From contig OZ024744.1 of assembly GCA_964016885.1 (NCBI GenBank), positions 16,182,001 through 16,246,000 of the forward strand: a stretch of DNA of 64,000 nt, written 5' to 3'. Numbering within the stretch: position 1 is the stretch's first letter; each line of letters starts with the position of its first letter. The notes below the pieces were generated by a model. That model did not search any database, was not told the DNA's origin, and saw nothing but the letters and a program-made list of their open reading frames with translations. Positions 13,442-28,000 of the stretch are shown one piece after another. Source of the stretch: Eledone cirrhosa. Lineage: Eukaryota. Both the position numbers and the translations under genes were made by a program.

Positions 13442-16400
13442 GAGGAGAGTATGAAGGAATTTGGAGAAGGAGAGTATGAAGGAAGTTGGAGAAGGAGAAT
13501 ATGAACAAAGTTGAAGGAGGAGAATATGAAGGAAGTTGGAGGAGGAGAGTATGAAGGAAGTTGGAGAAGGAGAGTATGAAGGAGGTTGGAGAAGGAGAAT
13601 ATGAAGGAAGTTGGAGAAGGAGAGTATGAAGGAGCTTGGAATTGTAGAGTATGAAGGAAGTTGGAGAAGGATAATATGAAGGAAGTTGGAGAAGCAGAGT
13701 ATGAAGGAAGTTGGAGAAGGAGAGTTTGAAGGAAGTTGGAGGAGGAGAGTATGAAGGAAGTTGGAGAAGGAGAATCTGACGGACGTTGGAGAAGGAGAGT
13801 AGGAAAGAAGTTGGAGAAGGATAATATGAAGGAAGTTGGATAAGGAGAATATGAAGGAAGTTGGAGGAGAGTATGAAGGAAGTTGGAGAAAGAGAGTATG
13901 AAGGAAGTTGAAGGAGGAGTATATGAACGAAGTTGGAGATGGAGAATATGAAGAAAGTTGAAGTAGGACAATATGAAGTAAGTTGAAGAAGGAGAATCAG
14001 AAGGAAGTTGGAGAAGGAGAATATGAAGGAAGTTGAAGGAGCAGAATATGAAGGAAGATGGAGAAGGAGAGTATGAAGGAAGTTGGAGAAGGAGAATATG
14101 AAGGAATTTGGAGAAGGAGAGTATGAAGGAAGTTGGAGAAGGAGAATATGAAGAAAGTTGAAGGAGGAGAATATGAAGGAAGTTGGAGGAGGAGAGTATG
14201 AAGGAAGTTGGAGAAGGAGAGTATGAAGGAGGTTGGAGAAGGAGAATATGAAGGAAGTTGGAGAAGGAGAGTATGAAGGAGCTTGGAATTGTAGAATATG
14301 AAGGAAGTTGGAGAAGCAGAGTATGAAGGATGTTGGAGAAGGAGAGTTTGAAGGAAGTTGGAGGAGGAGAGTATGAAGGAAGTTGGAGAAGGAGAATCTG
14401 ACGGACGTTGGAGAAGGAGAGTAGTAAAGAAGTTGGAGAAGGATAATATCAAGGAAGTTGGATAAGGAGAATATGAAGGAAGTTGAAGGAGGAGAATATT
14501 AAAGAAGTTGGAAAAGGAGAGTATGTAGGAAGGTGGAGAAAGAGAATCTGAAGGAAGTTGGAGAAGGAGAGTATGAAGCAAGTTGGAGAAGGAGACTATG
14601 AAGGAAGTTGGAGAAGGAAAGTATGAAGGAAGTTGGAGAAGGAGAGTATGAAGGAAGTTGGAGAAGGAGATTATGAAGGAATTTGGAGAAGGCGAGTATG
14701 AAGGAAGTTGGAGAAGGAGCGTATGATGGAAGTTGGAGAAGGAGATTATGAAGGAAGTTGAATAAGGAGAATATGAAGGAAGTTGGAGAAGGAGAGTATG
14801 AAGGAAGTTGGAGAAGGAGAGTATGAAGGGGGTCGGAGGAGGAGAATATGAAGGAAGTTGGGGAAGAAGGTATGAAGGAAGTTGGAGAAGGAGAGTCTGA
14901 AGGAAGTTGGAGCTGGAGAGTATGAAGGAAGTTGAAGAAGGAGAGTATGAAGGAAGTTGGAGAAGTAGAGTATGAAGGAAGTTGGAGATGGAGAGTATGA
15001 AATAAGTTGAATAAGGAGAATATCAAGGAAGTTGAAGAAGTAGAATATGAAGGAAGTTGGAGAAGGAGAGTATGAAGGAAGTTGAAGGAAGAAAATATGA
15101 AGGAAGCTGGAGAAGGAGAGTATGAAGGAAGTTGGAGAAGGCGAGTATGAAGGAAATTGGAGAAGGAGAGTATGAAGGAGGTTGGAGGAGGAGAGTATGA
15201 AGGAAGTTGGAGAAGGAGAATATGAAGGAAATTGGAGAAGGAGCGTATGAAGGAAGTTGGAGAAAAAGAATATGAAGGAAGTTGTGGAAGAAGGTATGAA
15301 GGAAGTTGGAGAAGGAGAGTTTGAAGAAAGTTGGAGAAGGAGAGTATGAAGGAAGTTGAAGGAAGAAAATATGAAGGAAGTTGGAGGAGGAGAATATGAA
15401 GGAAGTTGGAGAAGGAGAATATGAAGGAAGTTGGAGAAGGAAAATATGAAGGAAGTTGGAGAAGGAGAGTATGAAGGAAGTTGGAGAAGGAGATTATGAA
15501 GGAAGTTGGAGAAGGAGAGTATGAAGGAAGTTGGAGAAGGAGCGTATGAAGGAAGTTGAAGGAGGAGAATATGAAGGAAGTTGAAGAAGGAGAATAAGAA
15601 GGAAGTTGGAGAAGGAGAGTATGAAGGAAGTTGAAGGAAGAAAATATGAAGGAAGTTGGAGGAGGAGAATATGAAAGGAAGTTGGAGAAGGAAAATATGA
15701 AGGATGTTGGAGAAGGATAATATGAAAGAAGTTGGAGAAGGAGAGTATGAAGGAAGTTGTAGAAGGAGCGTATGAAGGAAGTTGGAGAAGGCGATTATGA
15801 AGGAAGTTGGAGAAGGAGAGTATGAAGGAAGTTGGAGAAGCAGCGTATGAAGGAAGTTGGAGAAGGAGAGTATGAAGGAAGTTGAAGGAAGAAAATATGA
15901 AGGAAGTTGGAGGAGGAGAATATGAAGGAATTTGGAGAAGGAAAATATGAAGGATGTTGGAGAAGGATAATATGAAAGAAGTTGGAGAAGGAGAGTATGA
16001 AGAAAGTTGAATAAGGAGAATATGAAGGAAGTTGGAGAAGGAGAGTATGAAGGAAGTTGGAGAAGGAGAGTATGAAGGAAGTTGAAGAAGGAGAATAAGA
16101 AGGAAGTTGGAGAAGGAGAGTATGAAGGAAGTTGAAGGAGGAGAATATGAAGGAATTTGAAGATGGAGAATCTGAAGGAAGTTGGAGAAAGAGAGTATGA
16201 AGGAAGTTGAAGGAGGAGAATATGAAGGAAGTTGAAGGAGGAGAATATGAACGAATTTGGAGAAGGAGAGTATGAAGGAAGTTGGAGAAGGAGAATCTGA
16301 AGGAAGTTGGAGAAGGAGAGTATGAAGGAAGTTGAAGGAGAAGAATATGAAGGAAGTTGAAGAAAGAGAATCTGAAGGAAGTTGGAGAAGGAGAGTATGA

Positions 16401-19400
16401 AGGAAGTTGAAGAAGGAGAATCTGAAGGATGTTGGAGAAGGAGAGTATGAAGGAAGTTGGAGAAGGAGAGTATGAAGGAGGTTGGAGAAGGAGAATATGA
16501 AGGAAGTTGGAGAAGGAGAGTATGAAGGAGCTTGGAATTGTAGAGTATGAAGGAAGTTGGAGAAGGATAATATGAAGGAAGTTGGAGAAGCAGAGTATGA
16601 AGGATGTTGGAGAAGGAGAGTTTGAAGGAAGTTGGAGGAGGAGAGTATGAAGGAATTTGGAGAAGGATACTATGAAGGAAGTTGGAGAAGGAGAATATGA
16701 AGAAAGTTGAAGGAGGAGAATATGAAGGAAGTTGGAGGAGGAGAGTATGAAGGAAGTTGGAGAAGGAGAGTATGAAGGAGGTTGGAGAAGGAGAATATGA
16801 AGGAAGTTGGAGAAGGAGAGTATGAAGGAGCTTGAAATTGTAGAGTATGAAGGAAGTTGGAGAAGGATAATATGAAGGAAGTTGGAGATGCAGAGTATGA
16901 AGGATGTTGGAGAAGGAGAGTTTGAAGGAAGTTGGAGGAGGAGAGTATGAAGGAAGTTGGAGAAGGAGAATCTGACGGACGTTGGAGAAGGAGAGTAGGA
17001 AAGAAGTTGGAGAAGGATAATATGAAGGAAGTTGGATAAGGAGAATATGAAGGAAGTTGGAGGAGAGTATGAAGGAAGTTGGAGAAAGAGAGTATGAAGG
17101 AAGTTGAAGGAGGAGTATATGAACGAAGTTGGAGATGGAGAATATGAAGGAAGTTGGAGAAGGAGAGTATGAAGGAAGTTGAAGGAAGAAAATATGAAGG
17201 AAGTTGGAGGAGGAGAATATGAAAGGAAGTTGGAGAAGGAAAATATGAAGGATGTTGGAGAAGGATAATATGAAAGAAGTTGGAGAAGGAGAGTATGAAG
17301 AAAGTTGAATAAGGAGAATATGAAGGAAGTTGGAGAAGGAGAGTATGAAGGAAGTTGGAGAAGGAGAATATGAAGGAAGTTGGAGAAGGAGAGTATGAAG
17401 GAAGTTGGAGAAGGAGAGTATGAAGGAAGTTGGAGAAGGAGAGTATGAAGGAAGTTGAAGAAGGAGAATAAGAAGGAAGTTGGAGAAGGAGAGTATGAAG
17501 GAAGTTGAAGGAGGAGAATATGAAGGAATTTGAAGAAGGAGAATCTGAAGGAAGTTGGAGAAAGAGAGTATGAAGGAAGTTGAAGGAGGAGAATATGAAG
17601 GAATTTGAAGGAGGAGAATATGAACGAATTTGGAGAAGGAGAGTATGAAGGAAGTTGGAGAAGGAGAATCTGAAGGAAGTTGGAGAAGGAGAGTATGAAG
17701 GAAGTTGAAGGAGAAGAATATGAAGGAAGTTGAAGAAAGAGAATCTGAGGGAAGTTGGAGAAGGAGAGTATGAAGGAAGTTGAAGAAGAAGAATCTGAAG
17801 GAAGTTGGAGAAGGAGAGTATGAAGGAAGTTGGAGAAGGAGAGTATGAAGGAGGTTGGAGAAGGAGAATATGAAGGAAGTTGGAGAAGGAGAGTATGAAG
17901 TAGCTTGGAATTGTAGAGTATGAAGGAAGTTGGAGAAGGATAATATGAAGGAAGTTGGATAAGGATAATATGAAGGAAGTTGGAGGAGAGTATGAAGGAA
18001 GTTGGAGAAAGAGAGTATGAAGGAAGTTGAAGGAGGAGTATATGAACGAAGTTGGAGATGGAGAATATGAAGAAAGTTGAAGTAGGACAATATGAAGTAA
18101 GTTGAAGAAGGAGAATCAGAAGGAAGTTGGAGAAGGAGAATATGAAGGAAGTTGAAGGAGCAGAATATGAAGGAAGATGGAGAAGGAGAGTATGAAGGAA
18201 GTTGGAGAAGGAGAATATGAAGGAATTTGGAGAAGGAGAGTATGAAGGAAGTTGGAGATGGAGAATATGAAGAAAGTTGAAGGAGGAGAATATGAAGGAA
18301 GTTGGAGGAGGAGAGTATGAAGGAAGTTGGAGAAGGAGAGTATGAAGGAGCTTGGAATTGTAGAGTATGAAGGAAGTTGGAGAAGGATAATATGAAGGAA
18401 GTTGGAGATGCAGAGTATGAAGGATGTTGGAGAAGGAGAGTTTGAAGGAAGTTGGAGGAGGAGAGTATGAAGGAATTTGGAGAAGGAGAGTATGAAGGAA
18501 GTTGGAGAAGGAGAATATGAAGAAAGTTGAAGGAGGAGAATATGAAGGAAGTTGGAGGTGGAGAGTATGAAGGAAGTTGGAGAAGGAGAGTATGAAGGAT
18601 GTTGGAGAAGGAGAATATGAAGGAAGTTGGAGAAGGAGAGTATGAAGGAGCTTGGAATTGTAGAGTATGAAGGAAGTTGGAGAAGGATAATATGAAGGAA
18701 GTTGGAGAAGCAGAGTATGAAGGATGTTGGAGAATGAGAGTTTGAAGGAAGTTGGAGGAGGAGAGTATGAAGGAAGTTGGAGAAGGAAAATATGAAGGAT
18801 GTTGGAGAAGGATAATATGAAAGAAGTTGGAGAAGGAGAGTATGAAGGAAGTTGGAGAAGGAGAGTATGAAGGAAGTTGGAGAAGGAGATTATGAAGGAA
18901 GTTGGAGAAGGAGAGTGTGAAGGAAGTTGGAGAAGGAGCGTATGAAGGAAGTTGAAGGAGGAGAATATGAAGGAAGTTGAAGAAGGAGAATATGAAGGAA
19001 GTTGGAGAAGGAGAGTATGAAGGAAGTTGGAGAAGGAAAATATGAAGGATGTTGGAGAAGGATAATATGAAAGAAGTTGGAGAAGGAGAGTATGAAGGAA
19101 GTTGTAGAAGGAGCGTATGAAGGAAGTTGGAGAAGGCGATTATGAAGGAAGTTGGAGAAGGAGAATATGAAGGAAGTTGGAGAAGGAGAGTATGAAGGAA
19201 GTTGGAGAAGGAGAGTATGAAGGAAGTTGGAGAAGGAGAGTATGAAGGAATTTGAAGAAGGAGAATAAGAAGGAAGTTGGAGAAGGAGAGTATGAAGGAA
19301 GTTGAAGGAGGAGAATATGAAGGAATTTGAAGAAGGAGAATCTGAAGGAAGTTGGAGAAAGAGAGTATGAAGGAAGATGAAGGAGGAGAATATGAAGGAA

Positions 19401-22009
19401 GTTGAAGAAGGAGAGTATGAAGGAAGTTGGAGAAGGAGAATATGAAGGAAGTTGAAGGAGGAGAATATGAACGAATTTGGAGAAGGAGAGTATGAAGGAA
19501 GTTGGAGAAGGAGAATCTGAAGGAAGTTGGAGAAGGAGAGTATGAAGGAAGTTGAAGGAGAAGAATATGAAGGAAGTTGAAGAAAGAGAATCTGAAGGAA
19601 GTTGGAGAAGGAGAGTATGAAGGAAGTTGAAGGAGAATCTGAAGGAAGTTGGAGAAGGAGAGTATGAAGGAAGTTGGGGGAGGAGAATATGAAGGAAGTT
19701 GAATGAGGAGAATATGAACGAAGTTGAAGAAGGAGAATATGAAGGAAGTTGAAGGAGGAGAATATGAAGGAAGTTGAAGAAGGAGAATCAGAAGGAAGTT
19801 GGAGAAGGAGAGAATGAAGGAAGTTGAAGAAGGAGAATCTGAAAGAAGTTGGAGAAGGAGAGTATGAAGGAAGTTGGAGAAGGAGAATCTGAAGGAAGTT
19901 GGAGAAGGAGAGTATGCAGGAAGTTAGAGAAGGAGAGTATGAAGTAAGTTGGAGATGGAGAGTATGAAGGAAGATGAATAAGGAGAATATCAAGGAAGTT
20001 GGAGAAGGAGAGTGTGATTGAAGTTGGAGAAGGAGAGTATGAAGGAAGTTGGAGAAGGAGAATATGAAGGAAGTTGGAAAAGGAGAGTATGAAGGAGGTT
20101 GGAGGAGGAGAGTATGAAAGAAGTTGGAGATGGAGAATATGAAGGAAGTTGGAGAAGGATATATGAAGGAAGTTGGAGGAGGAGAGTATGAAGGAAGTTG
20201 GAGAAGGAGAATCTGACGGACGTTGGAGAAGGAGAGTAGGAAAGAAGTTGAAGAAGGATAATATGAAGGAAGTTGGAAAAGGAGAGTATGAAGGAAGTTG
20301 GAGAAAGAGACTATGAAGGAACTTGGAGAAGGAAAGTATGAAGGAAGTTGGAGAAGGAGAGTATGAAGGAAGTTGGAGAAGGAGATTATGTAGGAAGTTG
20401 GAGAAGGAGAGTATGAAGGAAGTTGGAGAAGGAGCGTATGAAGGAAGTTGGAGAAGTAGAATATGAAGGAAGTTGGGGAAGAAGGTATGAAGGAAGTTGG
20501 AGAAGGAGAGTCTGAAGGAAGTTGGAGATGGAGAGTATGAAGGAAGTTGGAGATGGAGAGTATGAAGGAAGTTGAATAAGGAGAATATCAAGGAAGTTGG
20601 AGAAGGAGAGTGTGATTGAAGTTGGAGAAGAAGAGTATGAAGGAAGTTGGAGAAGGAGAATATGAAGGAAGTTGGAAAAGGAGATTATGAAGGAGGTTGG
20701 AGGAGGAGAGTATGAAGGAAGTTGGAGATGGAGAATATGAAGGAAGTTGGAGAAGGATAATATGAAGGAAGTTGGAGGAAGAAAATATGAAGGACGTTGG
20801 AGGAGGAGAGTATGAAGGAAGTTGGAGAAGCAGAATATGAAGGAAATTGGAGAAGGAGCGTATGAAGGAAGTTGGAGAAAAAGAATATGAAGGAAGTTGT
20901 GGAAGAAGGTATGAAGGAAGTTGGAGAAGGAGAGTATGAAGAAAGTTGGAGAAGGAGAGTATGAAGGAAGTTGAAGGAAGAAAATATGAAGGAAGTTGGA
21001 GGAGGAGAATATGAAGGAATTTGGAGAAGGAGAATATGAAGGAAGTTGGAGAAGGAAAATATGAAGGATGTTGGAGAAGGATAATATGAAAGAAGTTGGA
21101 GAAGGAGAGTATGAAGGAAGTTGGAGAAGGAGAGTATGAAGGAAGTTGGAGAAGGAGATTATGAAGGAAGTTGGAGAAGGAGAGTATGAAGGAAGTTGGA
21201 GAAGGAGCGTATGAAGGAAGTTGAAGAAGAAGAATATGAAGGAAGTTGAAGAAGGAGAATATGAAGGAAGTTGGAGAAGGAGAGTATGAAGGAAGTTGAA
21301 TGAAGAAAATATGAAGGAAGTTGGAGGAGAATATGAAGGATGTTGGAGAAGGAAAATATGAAGGACGTTGGAGAAGGATAATATGAAAGAAGTTGGAGAA
21401 GGAGAGTATGAAGGAAGTTGGAGAAGGAGAGTATGAAGGAAGTTGGAGAAGGAGAGTATGAAGGAAGTTGGAGAAGGAGCGTATGAAGGAAGTTGGAGAA
21501 GGAGATTATGAAGGAAATTGGAGAAGGAGAGTATGAAGGAAGTTGGAGAAGGAGCGTATGAAGGAAGTTGGAGAAGGGGAGTATGAAGGAAGTTGAAGGA
21601 AGAAAATATGAAGGGAGTTGGAGGAGGAGAATATGAAGGAATTTGGAGAAGGAAAATATGAAGGATGTTGGAGAAGGATAATATGAAAGAAGTTGGAGAA
21701 GGAGAGTATGAAGAAAGTTGAATAAGGAGAATATGAAGGAAGTTGGAGAAGGAGAGTATGAAGGAAGTTGGAGAAGGAGAATATGAAGGAAGTTGGGGAA
21801 GAAGGTATGAAGGAAGTTGGAGAAGGAGAGTATGAAGGAAGTTGAAGGAGGAGAATATGAAGGAAGTTGAAGGAGGAGAATATGAACGAATTTGGAGAAG
21901 GAGAGTATGAAGGAAGTTGGAGAATGAGAATCTGAAGGAAGTTGGAGAAGGAGAGTATGAAGGAAGTTGAAGGAGAAGAATATGAAGGAAGTTGAAGAAA
22001 GAGAATCTG

Positions 22010-25000
22010 AAGGAAGTTGGAGAAGGAGAGTATGAAGGAAGTTGAAGAAGGAGAATCTGAAGGAAGTTGGAGAAGGAGAATATGAAGGAAGTTGGGGGAG
22101 GAGAATATGAAGGAAGTTGAAGGAGGAGAATATGAACGAAGTTGAAGAAGGAGAATATGAAGGAAGTTGAAGGAGGAGAATATGAAGGAAGTTGAAGAAG
22201 GAGAATCAGAAGGATGTTGGAGAAGGAGAGAATGAAGGAAGTTGAAGAAGGAGAATCTGTAAGAAGTTGGGAGAAGGAGAGTATGAAGGAAGTTGGAGAA
22301 GGAGAATCTGAAGGAAGTTGGAGAAGGAGAGTATGAAGGAAGTTGAAGGTGAAGTATATGAAGGAAGTTGAAGTAGGAGAATCTGAAGGAAGTTGGAGAA
22401 AAAGAGTATGAAGGAAGTTGGGGAAGAAGGTATGAAGGAAGTTGGAGAAGAAGAATATGAAGGAAGTTGGGGAAGAAGGTATCAAGGAAGTTGGAGAAGA
22501 AGAATATGAATGAAGTTGGGGAAGAAGGTATGAAAGAAGTTGGAGAAGGAGAATATGAAGGAAGTTGAAGGAGGAGAATATGAAGGAAGTTGAAGAAGGA
22601 AAATATGAAAGAAGTTGGAGAAGGAGAGTATGCAGGAAGTTGGAGAAGGAGAGTATGAAGGAAGTTGAAGAAGGAGAATAAGAAGGAAGTTGGAGAAGGA
22701 GAGTATGAAGGAAGTTGAAGGAGGAGAATATGAAGGAATTTGAAGAAGGAGAATCTGAAGGAAGTTGGAGAAAGAGAGTATGAAGGAAGTTGAAGGAGGA
22801 GAATATGAAGGAAGTTTAAGAAGGAGAGTATGAAGGAAGTTGGAGAAGGAGAGTATGAAGGAAGTAGGAGAAGGAGAATATGAAGGAAGTTGAAGGAGGA
22901 GAATATGAACGAATTTGGAGAAGGAGAGTATGAAGGAAGTTGGAGAAGGAGAATCTGAAGGAAGTTGGAGAAGGAGAGTATGAAGGAAGTTGAAGGAGAA
23001 GAATATGAAGGAAGTTGAAGAAAGAGAATCTGAAGGAAGTTGGAGAAGGAGAGTATGAAGGAAGTTGAAGGAGAATCTGAAGGAAGTTGGAGAAGGAGAG
23101 TATGAAGGAAGTTGGGGGAGGAGAATATGAAGGAAGTTGAATGAGGAGAATATGAACGAAGTTGAAGAAGGAGAATATGAAGGAAGTTGAAGGAGGAGAA
23201 TATGAAGGAAGTTGAAGAAGGAGAATCAGAAGGAAGTTGGAGAAGGAGAGAATGAAGGAAGTTGAAGAAGGAGAATCTGAAAGAAGTTGGAGAAGGAGAG
23301 TATGAAGGAAGTTGGAGAAGGAGAATCTGAAGGAAGTTGGAGAAAAAGAGTATGAAGGAAGTTGGGGAAGAAGGTATGAAGGAAGTTGGAGAAGAAGAAT
23401 ATGAATTAAGTTGGGGAAGAAGGTATGAAAGAAGTTGGAGAAGGAGAATATGAAGGAAGTTGAAGGAGGAGAATATGAAGGAAGTTGAAGAAGGAAAATA
23501 TGAAAGAAGTTGGAGAAGGAGAGTATGCAGGAAGTTAGAGAAGGAGAGTATGAAGTAAGTTGGAGATGGAGAGTATGAAGGAAGATGAATAAGGAGAATA
23601 TCAAGGAAGTTGGAGAAGGAGAGTGTGATTGAAGTTGGAGAAGGAGAGTATGAAGGAAGTTGGAGAAGGAGAATATGAAGGAAGTTGGAAAAGGAGAGTA
23701 TGAAGGAGGTTGGAGGAGGAGAGTATGAAAGAAGTTGGAGATGGAGAATATGAAGGAAGTTGGAGAAGGATAATATGAAGGAAGTTGGAGGAGGAGAGTA
23801 TGAAGGAAGTTGGAGAAGGAGAATCTGACGGACGTTGGAGAAGGAGAGTAGGAAAGAAGTTGAAGAAGGATAATATGAAGGAAGTTGGAAAAGGAGAGTA
23901 TGAAGGAAGTTGGAGAAAGAGACTATGAAGGAAGTTGGAGAAGGAAAGTATGAAGGAAGTTGGAGAAGGAGAGTATGAAGGAAGTTGGAGAAGGAGATTA
24001 TGTAGGAAGTTGGAGAAGGAGAGTATGAAGGAAGTTGGAGAAGGAGCGTATGAAGGAAGTTGGAGAAGTAGAATATGAAGGAAGTTGGGGAAGAAGGTAT
24101 GAAGGAAGTTGGAGAAGGAGAGTCTGAAGGAAGTTGGAGATGGAGAGTATGAAGGAAGTTGGAGATGGAGAGTATGAAGGAAGTTGAATAAGGAGAATAT
24201 CAAGGAAGTTGGAGAAGGAGAGTGTGATTGAAGTTGGAGAAGAAGAGTATGAAGGAAGTTGGAGAAGGAGAATATGAAGGAAGTTGGAAAAGGAGATTAT
24301 GAAGGAGGTTGGAGGAGGAGAGTATGAAGGAAGTTGGAGATGGAGAATATGTAGGAAGTTGGAGAAGGATAATATGAAGGAAGTTGGAGGAAGAAAATAT
24401 GAAGGAAGTTGGAGGAGGAGAGTATGAAGGAAGTTGGAGAAGCAGAATATGAAGGAAATTGGAGAAGGAGCGTATGAAGGAAGTTGGAGAAAAAGAATAT
24501 GAAGGAAGTTGTGGAAGAAGGTATGAAGGAAGTTGGAGAAGGAGAGTATGAAGAAAGTTGGAGAAGGAGAGTATGAAGGAAGTTGAAGGAAGAAAATATG
24601 AAGGAAGTTGGAGGAGGAGAATATGAAGGAATTTGGAGAAGGAGAATATGAAGGAAGTTGGAGAAGGAAAATATGAAGGATGTTGGAGAAGGATAATATG
24701 AAAGAAGTTGGAGAAGGAGAGTATGAAGGAAGTTGGAGAAGGAGAGTATGAAGGAAGTTGGAGAAGGAGATTATGAAGGAAGTTGGAGAAGGAGAGTATG
24801 AAGGAAGTTGGAGAAGGAGCGTATGAAGGAAGTTGAAGAAGAAGAATATGAAGGAAGTTGAAGAAGGAGAATATGAAGGAAGTTGGAGAAGGAGAGTATG
24901 AAGGAAGTTGAATGAAGAAAATATGAAGGAAGTTGGAGGAGAATATGAAGGATGTTGGAGAAGGAAAATATGAAGGACGTTGGAGAAGGATAATATGAAA

Positions 25001-28000
25001 GTAGTTGGAGAAGGAGAGTATGAAGGAAGTTGGAGAAGGAGAGTATGAAGGAAGTTGAAGAAGGAGAATCTGAAGGAAGTTGGAGAAGGAGAATATGAAG
25101 GAAGTTGGGGGAGGAGAATATGAAGGAAGTTGAAGGAGGAGAATATGAACGAAGTTGAAGAAGGAGAATGTGAAGGAAGTTGAAGGAGGAGAATATGAAG
25201 GAAGTTGAAGAAGGAGAATCAGAAGGATGTTGGAGAAGGAGAGAATGAAGGAAGTTGAAGAAGGAGAATCTGTAAGAAGTTGGGAGAAGGAGAGTATGAA
25301 GGAAGTTGGAGAAGGAGAATCTGAAGGAAGTTGGAGAAGGAGAGTATGAAGGAAGTTGAAGGTGAAGTATATGAAGGAAGTTGAAGAAGGAGAATCTGAA
25401 GGAAGTTGGAGAAAAAGAGTATGAAGGAAGTTGGGGAAGAAGGTATGAAGGAAGTTGGAGAAGAAGAATATGAAGGAAGTTGGGGAAGAAGGTATCAAGG
25501 AAGTTGGAGAAGAAGAATATGAATGAAGTTGGGGAAGAAGGTATGAAAGAAGTTGGAGAAGGAGAATATGAAGGAAGTTGAAGGAGGAGAATATGAAGGA
25601 AGTTGAAGAAGGAAAATATGAAAGAAGTTGGAGAAGGAGAGTATGCAGGAAGTTGGAGAAGGAGAGTATGAAGGAAGTTGAAGAAGGAGAATAAGAAGGA
25701 AGTTGGAGAAGGAGAGTATGAAGGAAGTTGAAGGAGGAGAATATGAAGGAATTTGAAGAAGGAGAATCTGAAGGAAGTTGGAGAAAGAGAGTATGAAGGA
25801 AGTTGAAGGAGGAGAATATGAAGGAAGTTGAAGAAGGAGAGTATGAAGGAAGTTGGAGAAGGAGAGTATGAAGGAAGTTGGAGAAGGAGAATATGAAGGA
25901 AGTTGAAGGAGGAGAATATGAACGAATTTGGAGAAGGAGAGTATGAAGGAAGTTGGAGAAGGAGAATCTGAAGGAAGTTGGAGAAGGAGAGTATGAAGGA
26001 AGTTGAAGGAGAAGAATATGAAGGAAGTTGAAGAAAGAGAATCTGAAGGAAGTTGGAGAAGGAGAGTATGAAGGAAGTTGAAGGAGAATCTGAAGGAAGT
26101 TGGAGAAGGAGAGTATGAAGGAAGTTGGGGGAGGAGAATATGAAGGAAGTTGAATGAGGAGAATATGAACGAAGTTGAAGAAGGAGAATATGAAGGAAGT
26201 TGAAGGAGGAGAATATGAAGGAAGTTGAAGAAGGAGAATCAGAAGGAAGTTGGAGAAGGAGAGAATGAAGGAAGTTGAAGAAGGAGAATCTGAAAGAAGT
26301 TGGAGAAGGAGAGTATGAAGGAAGTTGGAGAAGGAGAATCTGAAGGAAGTTGGAGAAAAAGAGTATGAAGGAAGTTGGGGAAGAAGGTATGAAGGAAGTT
26401 GGAGAAGAAGAATATGAATTAAGTTGGGGAAGAAGGTATGAAAGAAGTTGGAGAAGGAGAATATGAAGGAAGTTGAAGGAGGAGAATATGAAGGAAGTTG
26501 AAGAAGGAAAATATGAAAGAAGTTGGAGAAGGAGAGTATGCAGGAAGTTAGAGAAGGAGAGTATGAAGTAAGTTGGAGATGGAGAGTATGAAGGAAGATG
26601 AATAAGGAGAATATCAAGGAAGTTGGAGAAGGAGAGTGTGATTGAAGTTGGAGAAGGAGAGTATGAAGGAAGTTGGAGAAGGAGAATATGAAGGAGGTTG
26701 GAAAAGGAGAGTATGAAGGAGGTTGGAGGAGGAGAGTATGAAAGAAGTTGGAGATGGAGAATATGAAGGAAGTTGGAGAAGGATAATATGAAGGAAGTTG
26801 GAGGAGGAGAGTATGAAGGAAGTTGGAGAAGGAGAATCTGACGGACGTTGGAGAAGGAGAGTAGGAAAGAAGTTGGAGAAGGATAATATGAAGGAAGTTG
26901 GAAAAGGAGAGTATGAAGGAAGTTGGAGAAAGAGACTATGAAGGAAGTTGGAGAAGGAAAGTATGAAGGAAGTTGGAGAAGGAGAGTATGAAGGAAGTTG
27001 GAGAAGGAGATTATGTAGGAAGTTGGAGAAGGAGAGTATGAAGGAAGTTGGAGAAGGAGCGTATGAAGGAAGTTGGAGAAGTAGAATATGAAGGAAGTTG
27101 GGGAAGAAGGTATGAAGGAAGTTGGAGAAGGAGAGTCTGAAGGAAGTTGGAGATGGAGAGTATGAAGGAAGTTGGAGATGGAGAGTATGAAGGAAGTTGA
27201 AGGAGAATCTGAAGGAAGTTGGAGAAGGAGAGTATGAAGGAAGTTGGGGGAGGAGAATATGAAGGAAGTTGAATGAGGAGAATATGAACGAAGTTGAAGA
27301 AGGAGAATATGAAGGAAGTTGAAGGAGGAGAATATGAAGGAAGTTGAAGAAGGAGAATCAGAAGGAAGTTGGAGAAGGAGAGAATGAAGGAAGTTGAAGA
27401 AGGAGAATCTGAAAGAAGTTGGAGAAGGAGAGTATGAAGGAAGTTGGAGAAGGAGAATCTGAAGGAAGTTGGAGAAAAAGAGTATGAAGGAAGTTGGGGA
27501 AGAAGGTATGAAGGAAGTTGGAGAAGAAGAATATGAATTAAGTTGGGGAAGAAGGTATGAAAGAAGTTGGAGAAGGAGAATATGAAGGAAGTTGAAGGAG
27601 GAGAATATGAAGGAAGTTGAAGTAGGAAAATATGAAAGAAGTTGGAGAAGGAGAGTATGCAGGAAGTTAGAGAAGGAGAGTATGAAGTAAGTTGGAGATG
27701 GAGAGTATGAAGGAAGATGAATAAGGAGAATATCAAGGAAGTTGGAGAAGGAGAGTGTGATTGAAGTTGGAGAAGGAGAGTATGAAGGAAGTTGGAGAAG
27801 GAGAATATGAAGGAAGTTGGAAAAGGAGAGTATGAAGGATGTTGGAGGAGGAGAGTATGAAAGAAGTTGGAGATGGAGAATATGAAGGAAGTTGGAGAAG
27901 GATAATATGAAGGAAGTTGGAGGAGGAGAGTATGAAGGAAGTTGGAGAAGGAGAATCTGACGGACGTTGGAGAAGGAGAGTAGGAAAGAAGTTGAAGAAG

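Larger units (their letters stand above)
5540..15420 (+). repeat. Duplicated block, offset about 6.42-6.44 kb (about 5540-8990 vs about 11980-15420)
   Basis: ORFs 6109..7530 and 12550..13971 have equal length and nearly identical sequence (offset 6441). Marker TCTGACGGACG at 7334 and 13775. Marker AATATCAA ends at 8609 and 15026 (offset 6417). Confidence 0.85.
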
